Shown piece after piece: positions 17,377 through 25,884 of a DNA stretch of 32,000 bases; position 1 is the stretch's first letter, and every line of letters starts with the position of its first letter. Origin of the DNA: an uncultured Clostridia bacterium (GTDB lineage Bacteria; Bacillota; Clostridia; Oscillospirales; Acutalibacteraceae); NCBI GenBank assembly GCA_937880805.1, contig CALGRR010000004.1:56984-88983 (forward strand). The letters are read 5' to 3'. The notes under the pieces are model-generated. The model worked only from the letters and a program-made list of their open reading frames with translations, made no database searches and was not told where the DNA came from. The position numbers and the translations under genes are program-made.

Positions 17377-17713
17377 TTCTATCACAAAGAAGGAAAAAAT
17401 GCCCCTGCAGGGCAATGTAAGAAAGGGTTTTAAACTGTTTGTGTCAATCGTTGTATGCCTTACAATGATTTTCACACTTGCAGTTACAGCCTTTGCCGCT
17501 GACGATCCCGTAGCCGTTGTAAACAATCTCTCGACCTTTATTTTCGGTCTTATCCGTGCTGTAGGTCTTATCATTCTCGGCTTCGGTATTGTGCAGGTCG
17601 GTCTCTCGCTCAAATCTCACGACCCCTCACAGAGAGCCAACGGTTTCCTTACGGTTGCAGGTGGTATTGTGATTACCTTTGCAAAAGAAATTCTTGATTT
17701 AATCGTAGGATAA
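17366..17713 (+). CDS. Maff2-family membrane protein (VirB2/pilin-like position)
   Basis: RBS AGGAGG. Signal-peptide-like N-terminus ending AFA/ADD. Two hydrophobic helices (FIFGLIRAVGLIILGFGIVQVGL, FLTVAGGIVITFA). Confidence 0.85.
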   Translation: MKNNSITKKEKMPLQGNVRKGFKLFVSIVVCLTMIFTLAVTAFAADDPVAVVNNLSTFIFGLIRAVGLIILGFGIVQVGLSLKSHDPSQRANGFLTVAGGIVITFAKEILDLIVG

Positions 17714-17720
17714 CGCAAAA

Positions 17721-17747
17721 CGGTGGGGCAGTAATTCTGCTCCGCCG
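17721..17747 (+). other. Intercistronic GC-rich stem-loop after the Maff2 gene
   Basis: CGGTGGGGCAG / CTGCTCCGCCG forms an 11 bp stem including two G-U pairs, with loop TAATT. There is no T-tract, so it is not a canonical terminator. Confidence 0.5.
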
Positions 17748-17770
17748 TACAATCCGAAAGGAGGGATTTA

Positions 17771-18610
17771 ATGGAGTCAAGTAATTGGGTAGTACAAAAT
17801 TTGCAAAACTCTCTTGAAACTTGGAATGACAAACTCAGTGAAATATGGCTTCTTATAACTCAATCTCCCGAAGAATTTAAAGGCGGAACAATTTGGAATG
17901 TTATAACTGATATACACGGCGCACTTCAAGCGATAGGATATTCGCTTTTAGTGCTGTTTTTTGTTGTCGGTGTTATGAAAACCTGCGGTAATTTCGCTGA
18001 AATGAAAAGACCTGAAATTGCCGTAAAGATGTTTATACGATTTGTTCTCGCCAAAGCTGCAATAAGTTATGGCTTGGAGTTGATGATGGCTCTGTTTAAT
18101 ATCGTGCAAGGGGTTGTTGCAAAAATTATGGCGACTTCGGGACTTGCAGATGTATCTCAAACAGTATTGCCGGAATCAATTATCAAATCAATAGAAGAGT
18201 GCGGATTTTGGGAAAGTGTACCTCTATGGGCAGTTACACTCATAGGCAGTTTGTTTATAACTGTGCTTTCATTTGTAATGATAATGACCGTTTACGGACG
18301 TTTCTTCAAAATCTATCTTTATACCGCAATCGCACCTGTTCCCTTATCTGCGTTTGCGGGCGAAACCTCATCTTCCATTGGTAAGAGTTTCATAAAGTCA
18401 TATGCCGCAGTTTGTTTGGAAGGAGCAATAATCGTACTCGGTTGTATTATCTTCTCAATCTTTGCTGATTCACCGCCAGTTGTTGATGAAGCAGCTGCAG
18501 CAGTAAATCAGGTATGGAGTTATGTCGGTGAACTTATATTTAATATGATTGTTCTTGTCGGCACAGTAAAGATGGCAGACCGAGTTGTTAAGGAAATGAT
18601 GGGTTTATAA
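17771..18610 (+). CDS. VirB6/TrbL-like polytopic T4SS membrane protein (CD0415/CD1112 family-like)
   Basis: RBS AAAGGAGGG. About 6 hydrophobic segments. Located between the Maff2 and PrgI/VirB4 genes. Confidence 0.8.
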   Translation: MESSNWVVQNLQNSLETWNDKLSEIWLLITQSPEEFKGGTIWNVITDIHGALQAIGYSLLVLFFVVGVMKTCGNFAEMKRPEIAVKMFIRFVLAKAAISYGLELMMALFNIVQGVVAKIMATSGLADVSQTVLPESIIKSIEECGFWESVPLWAVTLIGSLFITVLSFVMIMTVYGRFFKIYLYTAIAPVPLSAFAGETSSSIGKSFIKSYAAVCLEGAIIVLGCIIFSIFADSPPVVDEAAAAVNQVWSYVGELIFNMIVLVGTVKMADRVVKEMMGL

Positions 18611-18615
18611 TTGTA

Positions 18616-18644
18616 TTGACAATCTTGTGAAACAATGTTAAAAT
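18616..18644 (+). promoter_or_regulatory. Near-consensus sigma-A promoter of the XRE cassette
   Basis: TTGACA (18616-18621), 17-nt spacer, TAAAAT (18639-18644), with an extended -10 TG at 18636-18637. Confidence 0.7.
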
Positions 18645-18645
18645 A

Positions 18646-18660
18646 TTGGCGAAATGCCAA
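18646..18660. promoter_or_regulatory. Palindromic candidate operator just downstream of the -10
   Basis: TTGGC-GAAAT-GCCAA, with perfect 5-bp arms. Confidence 0.45.
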
Positions 18661-18686
18661 CACAACTTTAATTAAGGGATGGATTT

Positions 18687-19187
18687 ATGGAATTATACTC
18701 AAAACTAAAAGATTTTCGTTTAAAGAAAGGTTTTACGCAAAAACAAGTTGCAGAAGCAATTAACATCGACACATCAACCTATGCACATTACGAATCTGGC
18801 AGAAGAACCCCAAATGCAAAAATATGGGTTAAGATTTGTGAATTTCTTGATATGCCTGTTTTTCCTGCGAAAATTCAAGTTGTTTATCCTGAAAATATAA
18901 TTGAAGACTTTAAAAAATGTATAGAAAATAATGGCAAAGCAACAAATTCGTATCATGAAAACAATAGACGCTATAATGAAATCAATATGACACTTGAAAA
19001 GATTTTGGCAATTCGTAATGAAGCACTGGGCATTTTAGATCTGGTAGACGATAGTCCTTTATTGAATCAAAATTATAATAATACTGCTATTTTAAATGTT
19101 GCTCTTGACGTTCGAGTTGAAATGTTGATTGAAGATGCACTTAAGCATATGACAATACTAATAAACGAAAATGCAAAATTAATTTAA
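18687..19187 (+). CDS. XRE-family HTH transcriptional regulator with a ~100-aa C-terminal extension
   Basis: LKDFRLKKGFTQKQVAEAINIDTSTYAHYESGRRTPN is a typical HTH_3. AT-rich relative to the flanking T4SS genes. Confidence 0.85.
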   Translation: MELYSKLKDFRLKKGFTQKQVAEAINIDTSTYAHYESGRRTPNAKIWVKICEFLDMPVFPAKIQVVYPENIIEDFKKCIENNGKATNSYHENNRRYNEINMTLEKILAIRNEALGILDLVDDSPLLNQNYNNTAILNVALDVRVEMLIEDALKHMTILINENAKLI

Positions 19188-19206
19188 AACAACTATACAA
19201 ATAATC

Positions 19207-19245
19207 AATGATTGTTATCTTTTAGATGGCAATCATTTTATTTTT
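19207..19245 (+). terminator. Terminator of the XRE cassette
   Basis: AATGATTGTTATC / GATGGCAATCATT forms a 13 bp stem including 2 G-U pairs, followed by TTATTTTT. Confidence 0.7.
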
Positions 19246-19260
19246 AGGAGGATCCAAGAA

Positions 19261-19647
19261 TTGGAAGTAAAAATAAACCGTGAAATCCGCGATTACACAG
19301 AAGCGGTATATTTTGGACTGTCATTAAGACAGTTTATTTTTTCAGTTCTTGCCTGCGGTGTTGCCGTAGGCTTGTACTTTTTATTAAGACCGTTTTTCGG
19401 TATTGAAACCTTGAGTTGGGTTTGCATTTTGGGTGCCGCCCCCTTTGCGGCAATAGGCTTTTTCAAGTATCACGGTATGACAGCAGAAAAAGTGTTATTC
19501 ACATATCTTCGTTCCGAGATACTTATGCCCAAAGAAATCAAATTCATCTCAAAGAACATTTATGACGAAATAGAAAGGAGTGAATCAGATGTTCGACCTG
19601 ATAGGAACAATAAAGAAAAAAACAGGCTTCGCAGAAATGCTTGGTGA
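19261..19647 (+). CDS. PrgI-family T4SS membrane protein (VirB3-like position)
   Basis: TTG start 7 nt after AGGAGG. Two TM helices (FIFSVLACGVAVGLYFLL, WVCILGAAPFAAIGFF). Lies directly upstream of, and overlaps, the VirB4 gene. Confidence 0.8.
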   Translation: MEVKINREIRDYTEAVYFGLSLRQFIFSVLACGVAVGLYFLLRPFFGIETLSWVCILGAAPFAAIGFFKYHGMTAEKVLFTYLRSEILMPKEIKFISKNIYDEIERSESDVRPDRNNKEKNRLRRNAW

Positions 19648-21934
19648 CGGTTTAACCGTTCCTAAATCCGTGCAAGATGTAATCAGAATTGATGCTGTCT
19701 ATTCTGACGGTATCTTTATGACTGGCAGAGAACATTTTTCAAAGACCTTCAAGTTTACGGATATTAACTATGCTGTATCAAGTAAAGAAGATAAGGAAAC
19801 AAACTTTTTAAGGTACAGCGAAATTTTGAACTCTCTTGAAAATGGTGTTTCAAGTCAGATAACCATTGTCAACAGAAAGCTCAAAAAGACCGAACTTAAA
19901 GAAATGGCTTTGCTTGAAAATGCAAACGACGGCAAAGACAAATACCGTAAAGAAATCAACGATATGCTGACAATGCTCGCCAACGGTGCAAATGCCATTG
20001 TGCAGGATAAATATATTACTGTTACGGTGCAGAAGAAGTCCATACAGGAAGCAAGAACACATTTCGCCCGTATAGGTGCAGATTTAACGGCTCATTTATC
20101 AAGACTTGGCTCCAAATGCACCGAACTCAATCTTACCGAGCGACTTCGCATAATTCACGATTTCTGCAGACCTAATGAGGTTGCAGATTATCGCTTTGAT
20201 TTAAGAGATACAATGCGAAAGGGACAAAACTTTAAGGACTATATTGCCCCGGATGGCTTTGAGTTTAAAGCGGACTATTTCAAAGTCGGTGACAAATTCG
20301 CCCGTGTTCTGTTTATTCGTGATTATCCCTCTTATGTAAAAGACAGCGTTGTATGGGAGCTTACGGACACAAACCGTAATATGATATTTAATTACGATAT
20401 TATCCCTGTTTCAACGGAAGAAGCACAGAAATTCGGTGAAAAGCAGGCTCTCGGCATTGAAACCAATATCGCAAACTATCAGCGAAAGCAGAACGCAAAC
20501 AACAACTACACCTCTGTTATTCCCTATGACCTTGAACAGCAGAGAAAAGAGATCCGTGAGTTTCTTGATGACCTCACAACCCGTGACCAAAAGATGTTTA
20601 AGGTTGTACTTACTGTTATGCACACAGCCGATACACTTGAAGAACTCAATAACGATACTGAGGCTATAACTGCTATGGGCAGAAAGCACATGTGTCAGAT
20701 TGGTGTTCTTAAATATCAGCAGCTTGAAGGCTTTAATGCTACACTACCCATTGTCATAAACAAAATTGAAGCAAGGCGAACTCTTACAACAGAGAGCCTT
20801 GCTGTTTTTATGCCCTTTAAAGTACAGGAAATTCAACACGAAGGCGGAATTTTCCAAGGCGTTAATGTTATCTCCAAGAATATGATTATCGTAAATCGCA
20901 GATTCCTTCTCAACGGTAATTCCTTTATTCTTGGTGTTTCGGGTAGTGGTAAATCCTTTACGGCAAAAGAAGAAGTTGTGTCGTTGTTATTATCAACGGA
21001 TGCTGATGTCATTATCATTGACCCCGAGCGAGAGTATAAACCTCTTGTTGAAGCGATGGACGGACAGGTTATTCAGCTTTCAGCAACAAGTAAAAATCAC
21101 ATAAACTGCCTTGATATTAACAAAGACTATGCAGACGGTGCTAGTCCTATTGCATTAAAGGCGGAGTTTGTACTTTCCCTCTTTGAGCAGGTTATGGGAC
21201 AAGGAAAGGTTGAAGCAATGCAGAAATCTATCATTGACCGTTGTCTGTCCAAAGTGTACGCACATTATCTCAAGCGAAGTTACAAGGGTAAACCGCCTAC
21301 ACTTATAGACCTTTGCGATTGCCTCAGAGAGCAGGAAGAACCCGAAGCACAGGAACTTGCAACTGCAATGGAACTCTTTGCAAGTGGCTCACAGAACACA
21401 TTTGCTAAACAGACAAATGTTAATGTCAACAACAGACTTATTTGTTATGACATTCTTGACCTCGGCAGTCAGCTTATGCCCATCGGTATGCTTGTAGTTC
21501 TTGACAGCATACTCAACCGTATTACCGCCAACCGTGCAGCAGGTAGAGAAACATATATTTTCATTGACGAAATCTATCTTCTTTTCCAGCACGAATACTC
21601 GGCAAACTTCCTCTTTACTTTATGGAAACGAGTAAGAAAGTACGGTGCATTTGCTACGGGCATCACGCAGAATGTTTCCGACCTTCTTCAGAGCCATACA
21701 GCACGAACAATGCTCGCAAACTCTGAATTTATAACTATGCTCAATCAGGGCGGTACAGACAAGGAAGACCTTGCAAATCTTCTGCAAATCAGCGAAACAC
21801 AGATGACACACATCACCAATGTTGAAGCAGGTCACGGACTTGTTAAGGTCGGCTCTGCTCTCGTTCCCTTTGAGCGTAAATTTCCCAAAGATACAGAACT
21901 GTATAAACTTATGACTACAAAGCTGGGTGAGTGA
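19589..21934 (+). CDS. VirB4-like conjugative ATPase (CD1110 family-like)
   Basis: The ATG at 19589 follows GAAAGGAG. Walker A GVSGSGKS, Walker B YIFIDEIYLL. About 780 aa. Confidence 0.95.
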   Translation: MFDLIGTIKKKTGFAEMLGDGLTVPKSVQDVIRIDAVYSDGIFMTGREHFSKTFKFTDINYAVSSKEDKETNFLRYSEILNSLENGVSSQITIVNRKLKKTELKEMALLENANDGKDKYRKEINDMLTMLANGANAIVQDKYITVTVQKKSIQEARTHFARIGADLTAHLSRLGSKCTELNLTERLRIIHDFCRPNEVADYRFDLRDTMRKGQNFKDYIAPDGFEFKADYFKVGDKFARVLFIRDYPSYVKDSVVWELTDTNRNMIFNYDIIPVSTEEAQKFGEKQALGIETNIANYQRKQNANNNYTSVIPYDLEQQRKEIREFLDDLTTRDQKMFKVVLTVMHTADTLEELNNDTEAITAMGRKHMCQIGVLKYQQLEGFNATLPIVINKIEARRTLTTESLAVFMPFKVQEIQHEGGIFQGVNVISKNMIIVNRRFLLNGNSFILGVSGSGKSFTAKEEVVSLLLSTDADVIIIDPEREYKPLVEAMDGQVIQLSATSKNHINCLDINKDYADGASPIALKAEFVLSLFEQVMGQGKVEAMQKSIIDRCLSKVYAHYLKRSYKGKPPTLIDLCDCLREQEEPEAQELATAMELFASGSQNTFAKQTNVNVNNRLICYDILDLGSQLMPIGMLVVLDSILNRITANRAAGRETYIFIDEIYLLFQHEYSANFLFTLWKRVRKYGAFATGITQNVSDLLQSHTARTMLANSEFITMLNQGGTDKEDLANLLQISETQMTHITNVEAGHGLVKVGSALVPFERKFPKDTELYKLMTTKLGE

Positions 21935-21935
21935 T

Positions 21936-23933
21936 ATGGGTAAAGGTATCAAAACCCGTGAAGTAGTAAAAGAAATCAAAGTTCACGATACTGCTGTGAA
22001 TGTCGGTGACAAAATAAAAGATATCGGTGTTAAGACAAAAGAAAAAGTCAATGAAAACACTACGCAGTCTGAGTCTGTATCTCCCGAACAATATGCAACA
22101 GACAAAGTTACAGAGGGTATGCGAACAGGTGCAGAAACGGCAGTAACAGGAGCAAAAAAAGTAGCTCAAAAGGGTGTTGACAAAATAAGGGAAAAGCGGG
22201 CGGATACAAAGGCAAGGAAGGCATTGGAAGAAGAACTCAAACAAGTGAAAGCGGAAGATGTTTCCGAGCCTTCACCTGCACAAGATGGCGAAAAACCTAA
22301 TCCCGATAAACCAAAGGAAAAGTCAACATCTCAAAAGAGTCAAAAACAAAACACAAACAAAACCATAAAGGAGAAATCTCAATCTACACCTAAATCTACG
22401 GAGCAAGAAACTTCTCCCAAAGCACCGAAGCAAAAGCAAGGAAAAGCAATTAAAGAAAAACCGACAACACCCGAAATAAAAGAAAAGGTGCAAAGTTCTC
22501 CCAAAGTAAGGCAGACCGAAAAAACGGAAGTTATTGATGAGATAAAGAAGCCCCGTCAAAGGAAACAAACACCGCCTAAAACTAAAGCACCCGCAACAGT
22601 TAAGAAAGCCACCGCAGAAAACAGGAGCATTCGCACCATCGGTGCGGATGCTCACAAGGTTAAACAATCTAAACGCAGTATAGAAAACTCACGAAAGAGT
22701 ATTAAGACGGCAAATAACGGTGTTAAGACCGCAAAGACTACAAAAACAACTGCGAAACAATCAGCCGAAATTGCACAAAGAACAAAACAAGCTGCAAAAG
22801 TTGCAGTAAAGACAACCGTTAAAACGGTTAAAGCTGCAGGTAAAGCGATTGTTGCAGGTACCAAAGCATTGGTTGCGTCAATCAAAGAAATAGGTGCAGC
22901 TATTTATGCGGGTGGTCCCGTTGTTGTCATAATAATCATCGTTGTTTGTCTTATAGCGGCTATTGGCGGTACTTGCTTCGGCATTTTCTTATCCAATGAT
23001 GAAACAACGGGAACGGACAAAACGATGTCACAAGCTATTGCTGAGCTGACATCTGAACATTTTGCAAATCTAACGGCAATGAAAGCATCATATTCCTATG
23101 ATTTGTTTGAAGTACAAGGAAATTCCTCTATAAACTGGAAGGATGTTCTCGCAATATATGCCGTAAAGACCACAACATCGACAGATGAAGCTATGGAAGT
23201 AGTTACACTTGATGAAAAGAAACTCGATCTGCTCCGTGAGATTGTCAATGATATGAACACAATGACAGGTGTAGTTACACCTAAACTTGTAGCCGAAACT
23301 ACAGTTACAACTGATGCCGAAGGTAATCCCATAAAGACTACTAACTATGTCACTAAAAAGGTCTTAATGGTTGTAATTGCACAGCTTAACGCAAATCAGA
23401 CTGCTGAACTTTACAAGTTCAATGACGAACAAAAAGCACAGTTATCTGAACTGATGAGCGAAGAATATGACCCGTTGTGGAATGAACTCATAGGTACAAA
23501 CGGTGACATTATTATTGGCGAAGGAAGTTGGCAAGGAACAGATATGTTCTCTTGGCCACTTGCTGTGGATGGCACTATAACTTCACGATTCGGGACAAGA
23601 AATGACCCTATAACCGGCGAACTTGAAACCCACGGCGGAACTGATATTGCTTCAGCCACAGGAACATCCATACTTGCTGCTGCGGACGGAACTGTTATCT
23701 CTGCCACTTTGCATAACTCATACGGTTACTATGTAAAAATAAAACATAATGACACATATTCAACCCTTTATGCCCATTGTTATGCCCTACTTGTTTCGGC
23801 AGGTCAGACAGTAAAACAAGGACAAGCCATTGCACAAGTCGGCTCAACAGGTTATTCAACCGGACCGCATTTGCATTTTGAGGTTATTCAGAATGGCGTA
23901 AGAGTTGATGCTTTGATGTTTTACGCAAAATAA
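21936..23933 (+). CDS. Conjugation-associated cell-wall hydrolase: Lys/Thr/Ala-rich low-complexity N-terminal half, one TM helix, and a C-terminal M23 (LytM-type) peptidase domain
   Basis: M23 motifs HGGTDIA, GYYVKIKH..STLYAHC and GPHLHFEV. TM segment VVVIIIIVVCLIAAIGGTCFGIFL. Confidence 0.9.
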   Translation: MGKGIKTREVVKEIKVHDTAVNVGDKIKDIGVKTKEKVNENTTQSESVSPEQYATDKVTEGMRTGAETAVTGAKKVAQKGVDKIREKRADTKARKALEEELKQVKAEDVSEPSPAQDGEKPNPDKPKEKSTSQKSQKQNTNKTIKEKSQSTPKSTEQETSPKAPKQKQGKAIKEKPTTPEIKEKVQSSPKVRQTEKTEVIDEIKKPRQRKQTPPKTKAPATVKKATAENRSIRTIGADAHKVKQSKRSIENSRKSIKTANNGVKTAKTTKTTAKQSAEIAQRTKQAAKVAVKTTVKTVKAAGKAIVAGTKALVASIKEIGAAIYAGGPVVVIIIIVVCLIAAIGGTCFGIFLSNDETTGTDKTMSQAIAELTSEHFANLTAMKASYSYDLFEVQGNSSINWKDVLAIYAVKTTTSTDEAMEVVTLDEKKLDLLREIVNDMNTMTGVVTPKLVAETTVTTDAEGNPIKTTNYVTKKVLMVVIAQLNANQTAELYKFNDEQKAQLSELMSEEYDPLWNELIGTNGDIIIGEGSWQGTDMFSWPLAVDGTITSRFGTRNDPITGELETHGGTDIASATGTSILAAADGTVISATLHNSYGYYVKIKHNDTYSTLYAHCYALLVSAGQTVKQGQAIAQVGSTGYSTGPHLHFEVIQNGVRVDALMFYAK

Positions 23934-23936
23934 AAA

Positions 23937-23972
23937 GATAAGTGGTAGTTTGCATACAAACTGCCGTTTATC
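23937..23972 (+). terminator. Stem-loop ending the T4SS operon (weak T-tract)
   Basis: GATAAGTGGTAGTTTG / CAAACTGCCGTTTATC forms a 16-bp stem with 3 G-U pairs and loop CATA. Only TT follows. Confidence 0.5.
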
Positions 23973-24061
23973 TTAACTATCGAATTTATAGGCTTTTCAA
24001 ATAAAATATTGTGTTTCAATTTGTGTGAAATATAGAAGTTTGAAAAATCTGAAAATTTTTA

Positions 24062-24091
24062 CGTAACATTTTGCAATTTTCGTCATATATA
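24062..24091 (+). repeat. Copy A of a 30-nt shared promoter/operator block, in inverted orientation relative to copy B at 28906-28935
   Basis: CGTAACATTTTGCAATTTTCGTCATATATA versus the reverse complement of 28906-28935, CGTAACATTTTGCGATTTTTGTCATATATA: 28/30 identical. GTTTGAAA also recurs upstream of both (24038-24045; reverse complement of 28944-28951). Confidence 0.85.
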
Positions 24092-24099
24092 AATAGAAT
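24071..24099 (+). promoter_or_regulatory. Candidate promoter of the 95-aa gene, inside block A
   Basis: TTGCAA (24071-24076), 17-nt spacer, TAGAAT (24094-24099). Confidence 0.55.
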
Positions 24100-24130
24100 G
24101 CATTTTAAATTATATATGAGGAGAAATTTT

Positions 24131-24418
24131 ATGAGTATTGAAAACATAAGTAATAAAGAATTTTTAGAAATCTTATTTCGGGTTTTTAATGAAGAATTAG
24201 ACTCCGAGATTAATGAAGATTATCTGTTAACCACCATATCAAACGAATTAAAAAAATCTAAACATTTAATAGATTATACTTTGATTCATGAATGCTCTTT
24301 AACTCTGTCTGAATGCTTTGGCTACTCATACCATAATGAATATGAGAAGCTGTCTAAAAGACAAATTAAAAGGAGAAAAAACATCTATAAAATTAAACAG
24401 TTGTTTGTAAAAACATAA
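24131..24418 (+). CDS. Hypothetical 95-aa protein, convergent with the four-gene operon and sharing its upstream block
   Basis: The ATG at 24131 follows GAGGAG. The tracked TTG start at 24071 coincides with the -35 box. No recognisable family. Confidence 0.6.
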   Translation: MSIENISNKEFLEILFRVFNEELDSEINEDYLLTTISNELKKSKHLIDYTLIHECSLTLSECFGYSYHNEYEKLSKRQIKRRKNIYKIKQLFVKT

Positions 24419-24470
24419 ACATCAATTTTAAATATTAATATGGAACTGAATTTATAAATTATAACTATAA

Positions 24471-24512
24471 AACCTAAAAACCTTCTTATTTCCAGTAGAA
24501 GGTTTTTAGGTT
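24471..24512. terminator. Bidirectional terminator between the convergent units
   Basis: Perfect 16-bp stem AACCTAAAAACCTTCT / AGAAGGTTTTTAGGTT with a 10-nt loop. Confidence 0.8.
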
Positions 24513-24585
24513 TCTGCTATGTCATATAAATAGATAACACTTATTTTTTAAAAATATCCTTTGATAAATATAAGTGTCTCAAAAA

Positions 24586-25884
24586 TTATAAAATTCCAAT
24601 TTCACTTGGCATAGGGTATACGCCTATTCTTTTTCCAAAGTTCTTTGCTAGTTCATTGTTTTCTATGAAAACAATTTTTTTGTTTTTTCTATATGCATAG
24701 TCCAGTTCAAAGGTTGTTGAAACCCCAATATAATTATCAAAATTACACGCAATAACAAAATCACATTCATCAATTGCCTTTAGATGTAATTCTTCTATTA
24801 ACCAAGTGTTATGATTTACAACCACATCATCTTCAAACACAACAAAACCATCTTCATCTCCAACCACCTTAGTACACTTAGGACTTAACACTTTAATATG
24901 ATTCTTATTAAGTTTATTTATTAGAAGTCGAATTTCTGATAGATGCTTGTTAAAGCTTCCGCAAATAACTGTCTTTTGCGCTTCTTGAACATTTACGCCA
25001 TCAATTAAATTCGCGTTTGATGGGACAATATATTTTACATTATAAAATTCACAAATCGCTTGAGCTAGTGCTGAACAAGCTCTGGCACCGCACATCCACT
25101 CCGGATTAGCTGGCATCATACTTTTTAATTCTTCAAGAGTAATTAAAGAAAACACCTCTGCGTTTCTATTTGAATAATCATCAAACCCAATCATATACGG
25201 ATGTGTCGTATCTACAAAAAAACGATTCGTTGTTAAGGGATATTTAGCACACATCATATAGTCTAATTCTCCGCCTGTATATATAGCAACATCATATATG
25301 TCATTATTAGGTGTTAATTGTTCACTAATTTTTTCAAGTATATCTCTAACAATGACACCGAGTTCATATTTGCTATATGAATTATTAATTTCAGGATATC
25401 TATTTAATACCGTGCCTACTCCAATAGATATTTTTTCGGTGATATCAACAACACCATTGCTACAAAGCAAAATTTCAGTTGTTTTTCCTCCGATATTTAT
25501 GACAAGCATTTTTTGTGCGCTTTCGGGAACCTTATTAAGCCATGCTTTTTCTAAATAGAAAGCCTCTAGTTCATGAGAAATAATGTTAAAATACAAACCA
25601 GTTCGAACAAAAAACTCTTTAATTACAGACTGCTTATCATCGATTTCTCTAAAAATCCCTGTTGCATATAGCTTTGAATTGGAGTTCGTTAATGAGTATT
25701 TCTCAATTAGTATTCCAAAAAAATCAAATAATAATTCTTTGTTCATTTCGGAAAGTCCATATGTAGATGAAAAGCCTTCCTTAAAGCTAAACGTTTTTTG
25801 TTCTATTAGAGAAATAAAACTATCAACTTTTTCATAAACTTTAATGGTTGAAGAACCCATATCAATTAAATATTTTTTATTCAT
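24586..25884 (-). CDS. Fusion protein: Ppx/GppA-like ASKHA phosphohydrolase domain (motifs intact) + C-terminal nucleoside 2-deoxyribosyltransferase/LOG-like Rossmannoid domain
   Basis: The start at 25884 lies 6 nt after GGAGG and overlaps the upstream stop by 8 nt (ATGAATAA).
- ASKHA motifs: LIDMGSSTIKVY (phosphate-1), YATGIFRE, FNIISHELEAFY, LVINIGGKTTEIL (phosphate-2).
- NDT-like motifs: VICGSFNK..VLSPK and CDFVIACNFDNYIGVSTTFELDYAYRKNKKIVFI (conserved Glu). Confidence 0.8.
   Translation of the reverse strand: MNKKYLIDMGSSTIKVYEKVDSFISLIEQKTFSFKEGFSSTYGLSEMNKELLFDFFGILIEKYSLTNSNSKLYATGIFREIDDKQSVIKEFFVRTGLYFNIISHELEAFYLEKAWLNKVPESAQKMLVINIGGKTTEILLCSNGVVDITEKISIGVGTVLNRYPEINNSYSKYELGVIVRDILEKISEQLTPNNDIYDVAIYTGGELDYMMCAKYPLTTNRFFVDTTHPYMIGFDDYSNRNAEVFSLITLEELKSMMPANPEWMCGARACSALAQAICEFYNVKYIVPSNANLIDGVNVQEAQKTVICGSFNKHLSEIRLLINKLNKNHIKVLSPKCTKVVGDEDGFVVFEDDVVVNHNTWLIEELHLKAIDECDFVIACNFDNYIGVSTTFELDYAYRKNKKIVFIENNELAKNFGKRIGVYPMPSEIGIL

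Larger units (their letters stand above)
1..23975 (+). mobile_element. Partial conjugative element backbone (ICE or conjugative plasmid), Firmicutes/Clostridia Tn1549- or CTn-like. It continues beyond the 5' window edge.
   Basis: Co-directional, tightly packed or overlapping + strand genes: polyvalent MTase-helicase, Toprim primase-like, MobC, relaxase, PcfB, ArdC-like, VirD4, Maff2, VirB6-like, PrgI, VirB4, M23 hydrolase. The right limit is set only by the end of the last backbone gene plus its hairpin; no att site was identified. Confidence 0.85.

Noticed and set aside
22150-22900. Lys/Thr/Ala/Pro-rich segment of the hydrolase gene as a DNA tandem repeat array
   Set aside because: The protein is low-complexity (KEK, KTxK, AAKVAVKT motifs), but I could not find exact or near-exact nucleotide repeat units. 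This is typical linker composition.
24071-24130. Tracked TTG start at 24071 for the small + strand gene
   Set aside because: The TTG is the first base triplet of the TTGCAA -35 hexamer. A GAGGAG RBS precedes the ATG at 24131.
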